Source of the DNA: Candidatus Micrarchaeota archaeon | GTDB lineage: Archaea > Micrarchaeota > Micrarchaeia > Micrarchaeales > CABMGC01 | Assembly: GCA_027371545.1 (NCBI GenBank) | Contig: DAHXMW010000010.1 | Coordinates: forward strand, 2,697 to 66,696 | Direction of reading: 5' to 3' | DNA length: 64,000 nucleotides | Shown here: piece after piece, positions 60,844 to 64,000 of the stretch | Numbering within the stretch: position 1 is the first letter of the stretch | Layout of the letters: each line of letters opens with the position of its first letter | Translations under genes and position numbers: made by a program | The notes under the pieces: model-generated | What the model was told of the DNA's origin: nothing | Databases searched by the model: none | Seen by the model: only the letters and a program-made list of their open reading frames with translations

Positions 60844-62868
60844 TTGCAGCTGGACTTTGTTCCTATGGTGGGTGCAAATATGGAAGATAGATATAGGAAG
60901 GCCTTGGAGGAATTCGGGGTTCTTACTTATCTGTCGCGCACTTCCTCTGGTCCGGAGGGCATCTCCATGGAGGACATAATGAAGAGCATTTTCTACTCTG
61001 CCCCAGGTATAGATTATCACAGGAGGAGCATAAAGAGCATGGTCGTTGATGGAGAGATAGCCGCAAAGGAGGGGAGGCTGCAGGATTATACCCAGATGAT
61101 AAATGTACGTGACATACTTGATGTTGCGAGGAGGCTTGTGGCTAAAGAGATTAATAAGCACGACATAGCATACCTTCGGAGTACGCTTCTTGAAGGAGTC
61201 CTTGGAATAGACGGTTCTGGGTTCAGGAGGTTCAGAAACCGATCGGGCCATTACATAACCGCTCCTACAGATGAGGTAAGCGGAGGGATGGATGCATTAG
61301 TAGAGCTTCTGAATAAGCCTTCGAAGAACGGCATAGACGCTTTTTCCAATGCCGTGGATTTCTTCCTTGGCTTCGTAAAGCTGCATCCTTTTGATGAGTG
61401 CGTTGGGAGGACGGACAGGATAGTCACGAACAGCTATCTGATAGCCCATGGAATAAACCCCATATTCCTCAACAACAATGGAAGCAGCCACTCTTACGCT
61501 TCTGCTCTTGATATATCGTATTTCTCCGGATATTATGGGGCCTTTATAGCGATAGCCCTTATTTCTGCAATGGACAACAAGAACAAGGAGGCATTTATAT
61601 CGAAGATAAAATCAGAGAGCTATACGGATCCTACAATGATAGAGCTCAAGAATCTTGTGCTTTCCGTAACGAAAGAGTTGGGAGGTGAAGAGCTGGTTAG
61701 AGTGCTGGGCCTGTCTGAAAATCTGTACTGCAAGGACTCTGCACCACTGCTCCTTTCCGGGCTTTTTGCGCTGAAGACTTACGGAATGGATAGCGAGATT
61801 ATAGAGATGGCCCTGCGGCATAAGGACAGTGGCATAAGGGCAGTAGGGTTTTATACTGCAGAGGCTGTCAATTTTGCAAAATACAAGAACGCATTTATTG
61901 ATGCTGCAATACACGATCCCAGCGTAGATGTCAGAATGGTTGCAGTGGGCATACTTGGAACCAGGAAGGAGCTTGATGGGAAAACAGCATTGAGGATACT
62001 TGCGTCTTCCACTGAAGAGACAGTTTTGATATCGCTTGGATCTGCTATGAGGTTTGCTGCAGGAGGAGATGTTGAATGCATGGATGTAATAAATGCAATT
62101 TGCGCGTCAAGGTCGAAAGATGTCAGGTTCAGGGGCTTCCAGGCGATGATGGTACATGGGGATAATGGTGCTGTGGCTAATACGATAGCTTTACTTAAAG
62201 ATGAGCCGCTTGAGATGTTCAGGGCTGCAGTAACAGAGCTGAAAAGGGTTGGAAGGATAAATGATTACGATATAGCAAAGAGCCTGGCAGACGTAGTATC
62301 TGGTGATGTGCAAAAACGCAAGATGCTTTTGGGCCAGCTGGCCATGGATGGAAGAGTATCTGATGCATATCAGGGTATGCTTAATGATGTGTTAACTTCT
62401 GACAATTCGGGTGCGGTGGAGAAGATCTACGCCGCATATCTTTTTGGTACCAAATACGGCTACGCACAGACCGTTTCAATGTATCCGGATGCAGAAAGCC
62501 TGAAGGACCATATGCTATTTGGAATAGTGAAGACAATACTTATGGTTGATGAGGCAAATGGCGGTGCTGATAAGTTAAAGCAGCGCATACCAGAACTTGT
62601 CTCAAATAGTGCCTTGCAGAACTTCGTACTTGCTTCTGAACTTGGAAGCCTTATGAAAAAAGGAGGGCTTGATGGAGAGTTGGTGAAGAAAGTTGCAGAG
62701 GCTATCGAAGCAGCAGAGCCTGTAATCAGGAACTCAGACAGATTCTACAACCTCACAGCTCAGTTGAAGAGAAAGGCAGCAATGATGAACGATCTCATTG
62801 AAGCTGGCAGGACTGGCGTGGCAGCGACAAATAGCACAGGGCTGAAGAATGCAAGAATAAAACGCTGA
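60844..62868 (+). CDS. Fic-domain protein with a degenerate active-site motif, fused to C-terminal HEAT-like repeats
   Basis: HPFDECVGRTDR (61384..61419) compared with the canonical HxFx(D/E)GNGRxxR. N-terminal STLLEG (61180..61197) fits the (S/T)xxxE(G/N) inhibitory-helix motif. The C-terminal half has repeated HKDSGIRAVGFY / HDPSVDVRMVAVGILG-type HEAT units. TTG start; the real start may be an internal ATG (MVGANMEDRY). Confidence 0.6.
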   Translation: MQLDFVPMVGANMEDRYRKALEEFGVLTYLSRTSSGPEGISMEDIMKSIFYSAPGIDYHRRSIKSMVVDGEIAAKEGRLQDYTQMINVRDILDVARRLVAKEINKHDIAYLRSTLLEGVLGIDGSGFRRFRNRSGHYITAPTDEVSGGMDALVELLNKPSKNGIDAFSNAVDFFLGFVKLHPFDECVGRTDRIVTNSYLIAHGINPIFLNNNGSSHSYASALDISYFSGYYGAFIAIALISAMDNKNKEAFISKIKSESYTDPTMIELKNLVLSVTKELGGEELVRVLGLSENLYCKDSAPLLLSGLFALKTYGMDSEIIEMALRHKDSGIRAVGFYTAEAVNFAKYKNAFIDAAIHDPSVDVRMVAVGILGTRKELDGKTALRILASSTEETVLISLGSAMRFAAGGDVECMDVINAICASRSKDVRFRGFQAMMVHGDNGAVANTIALLKDEPLEMFRAAVTELKRVGRINDYDIAKSLADVVSGDVQKRKMLLGQLAMDGRVSDAYQGMLNDVLTSDNSGAVEKIYAAYLFGTKYGYAQTVSMYPDAESLKDHMLFGIVKTILMVDEANGGADKLKQRIPELVSNSALQNFVLASELGSLMKKGGLDGELVKKVAEAIEAAEPVIRNSDRFYNLTAQLKRKAAMMNDLIEAGRTGVAATNSTGLKNARIKR

Positions 62869-62892
62869 TGTATCGTGATTCTCCTGTGTTCC

Positions 62893-63297
62893 TTATTTGC
62901 CTTTTGACACGCTCCTGAATCCTATCCATATCCCATTTGGATCCTTTACAAAGCCCATGGCTATGTGCTTACCTTCTGATTCCCACTCGCGCAGCTTCAT
63001 GGCTACAGGTGCGCCTGCCTTAATCATTTTATCGTATGCTTTCTTCGCGTCATCGACTTCGAACATAAGATGGTCGAGTTCCACGCCATCCTCCTTCCAC
63101 GGGGTATAAATCGCGCATGTTTTTGAGTACCACATGAGATTTATCCGCTGCTTTGTAGCCTTGTCCTCCAGGCTGACGACTTCTTCTCCCTGTATTGGGC
63201 TTCTTCTCCCGATTATCCTTAGTCCAAGGCGCTTAGTATAGAATTCGGTTGACTTCTTTATGTCCTTGACCCTTATGCTCGTATAAGACAAACCCAT
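62893..63297 (-). CDS. VOC-family (glyoxalase I-like) protein
   Basis: From ATG 63297 it reads MGLSYTSIRVKDIKKSTEFYTKRLGL...LDHLMFEVDD...FVKDPNGIWIGF, the paired beta-alpha-beta-beta-beta modules of glyoxalase/bleomycin-resistance proteins. Confidence 0.7.
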   Translation of the reverse strand: MGLSYTSIRVKDIKKSTEFYTKRLGLRIIGRRSPIQGEEVVSLEDKATKQRINLMWYSKTCAIYTPWKEDGVELDHLMFEVDDAKKAYDKMIKAGAPVAMKLREWESEGKHIAMGFVKDPNGIWIGFRSVSKGK

Positions 63298-63383
63298 TGA
63301 ATCACATCGTATTACTATGTAGTATACGGAGGTATAATAACCAGATGGCAATGCGCTGAATCTTTTTGGTGACAGCCATGCCG

Positions 63384-63848
63384 CTATTCGTAGAGTGCCT
63401 TGTTTATCATCATGTCATCGAAGTCACAGTTTAGCCATGACTTGTCAATAATAGCGCCACGTTTTGAGTAGAACTTTATCGCATCCTTGTTCCAGTCAAG
63501 AACCTGCCATCTTACTCTCTTGCAACCTTCTTTGGCAGCAACCTCAAAGACTTTTTTAAGTAGGGCTGTTCCCACCTTCCTTCCCCTGTAGCGCGGCTTC
63601 ACGTATATATCGTCCAGGTAGAGGCTTTTCCCAACCCAGGTATAGTAGGCGAAGAAGAATACGGCGTAGCCTATCGGCCTGCCGTTTTCAGATGCAATAA
63701 GGGCCCTGAAGAGGTGCTTTTCTTTTTTCATTCTTGATACTGAATTTTTTACTTTGTCCACCGCTCTTTCGAAGCGCGCTAGCTCCTTTACCATGCCCAT
63801 GATGGGCTTGTAGTCTGCCTCCGATGCCTCCCTTATCTCAATTCCCAT
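63384..63848 (-). CDS. GNAT-family (diamine/spermidine-type) N-acetyltransferase
   Basis: From ATG 63848 it reads MGIEIREASEADYKPI..., then LYLDDIYVKPRYRGRKVGTALLKKV (acetyl-CoA motif) and AIKFYSKRGA. The longer track ORF would run into tRNA-Arg. Confidence 0.75.
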   Translation of the reverse strand: MGIEIREASEADYKPIMGMVKELARFERAVDKVKNSVSRMKKEKHLFRALIASENGRPIGYAVFFFAYYTWVGKSLYLDDIYVKPRYRGRKVGTALLKKVFEVAAKEGCKRVRWQVLDWNKDAIKFYSKRGAIIDKSWLNCDFDDMMINKALYE

Positions 63849-63883
63849 AACAGATGGCCTCTTATTGCTATGCATCGTATATA

Positions 63884-63958
63884 CGGGCATGACGGGATTT
63901 GAACCCGCAACCAACGGCTCCGCAAGCCGACGTGCTATCCAAGTTACACCACATGCCC
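63884..63958 (-). tRNA. tRNA-Arg (GCG)
   Basis: Reverse complement reads GGGCATG-TG-GTGT-AACTTGGAT-AGCAC-G-TCGGC-TTGCGGA-GCCGT-TGGTT-GCGGG-TTCAAAT-CCCGT-CATGCCC-G. Confidence 0.8.
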
Positions 63959-64000
63959 AATTCAGATATTTTTATATACTTTGACATTAAAGTATTGAAT

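Noticed and set aside
63849-63914. 22-codon N-terminal extension of the GNAT ORF
   Set aside because: It runs into the tRNA-Arg gene (63884..63958). The internal ATG at 63848 gives the usual GNAT N-terminus (MGIEIREASEADY).
1-64000. CRISPR arrays, rRNA genes, reverse transcriptase/DGR components
   Set aside because: Reading both strands, I found no regularly spaced direct repeats, no rRNA-like long non-coding stretch (the largest intergenic gaps are about 370 bp), and no RT-like YxDD-motif ORF.

Overview
Densely packed archaeal chromosomal segment with about 75 protein-coding genes and 6 tRNA genes. I saw no rRNA, no CRISPR array and no recognisable integrase or transposase.

The backbone is archaeal information processing:
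- the proteasome-alpha / SBDS / exosome (Rrp4-Rrp41-Rrp42) / L37Ae / RpoP superoperon
- PheRS alpha and beta, GluRS, ProRS and a CysRS-like ligase
- RFC large subunit, a Hef-type helicase, Rpo7 + Spt4, L30 + L15, a beta-CASP RNase and an FKBP

Interleaved are central and cofactor metabolism genes (ApgM, enolase, SHMT, a long ThyX-like protein, PRPP synthetase, Rpe, DUF359-type dephospho-CoA kinase, RibL, IscU). There is also an amino-sugar/glycan cluster (BadF-type kinase, PIG-L deacetylase, NagB, GH15, two MFS transporters).

tRNA-Phe and tRNA-Trp carry introns at the canonical 37/38 position. Genes commonly overlap start-to-stop, and several convergent pairs overlap at their 3' ends. Several envelope proteins are very rich in N-x-S/T sequons. 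This fits a small, compact archaeal genome, but taxonomy cannot be assigned from the sequence alone.

Most interesting observations:
1. Two paralogous DUF929-like CxxC proteins, each translationally coupled to a cysteine-bearing membrane protein. One partner is a clear VKOR homolog; the other is an unrelated 4-TM protein with a C-G-C motif.
2. A PIG-L/LmbE deacetylase coupled to a C-terminally short, MshC-like cysteine ligase.
3. proS, whose conserved N-terminal ~120 codons are open but contain no ATG/GTG/TTG.
4. An 862-aa tandem metallophosphoesterase with a degenerate N-terminal copy and a coiled-coil insertion.
5. An exact 18-bp direct repeat bracketing an antiporter gene, next to a low-GC island that encodes a covalently duplicated Lrp/AsnC regulator.
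6. A tRNA-Trp intron with a C-box-like GUGAUGA.
7. A Fic-HEAT fusion with a degenerate Fic motif.

All family assignments come from reading motifs in the supplied translations. No database search was run.
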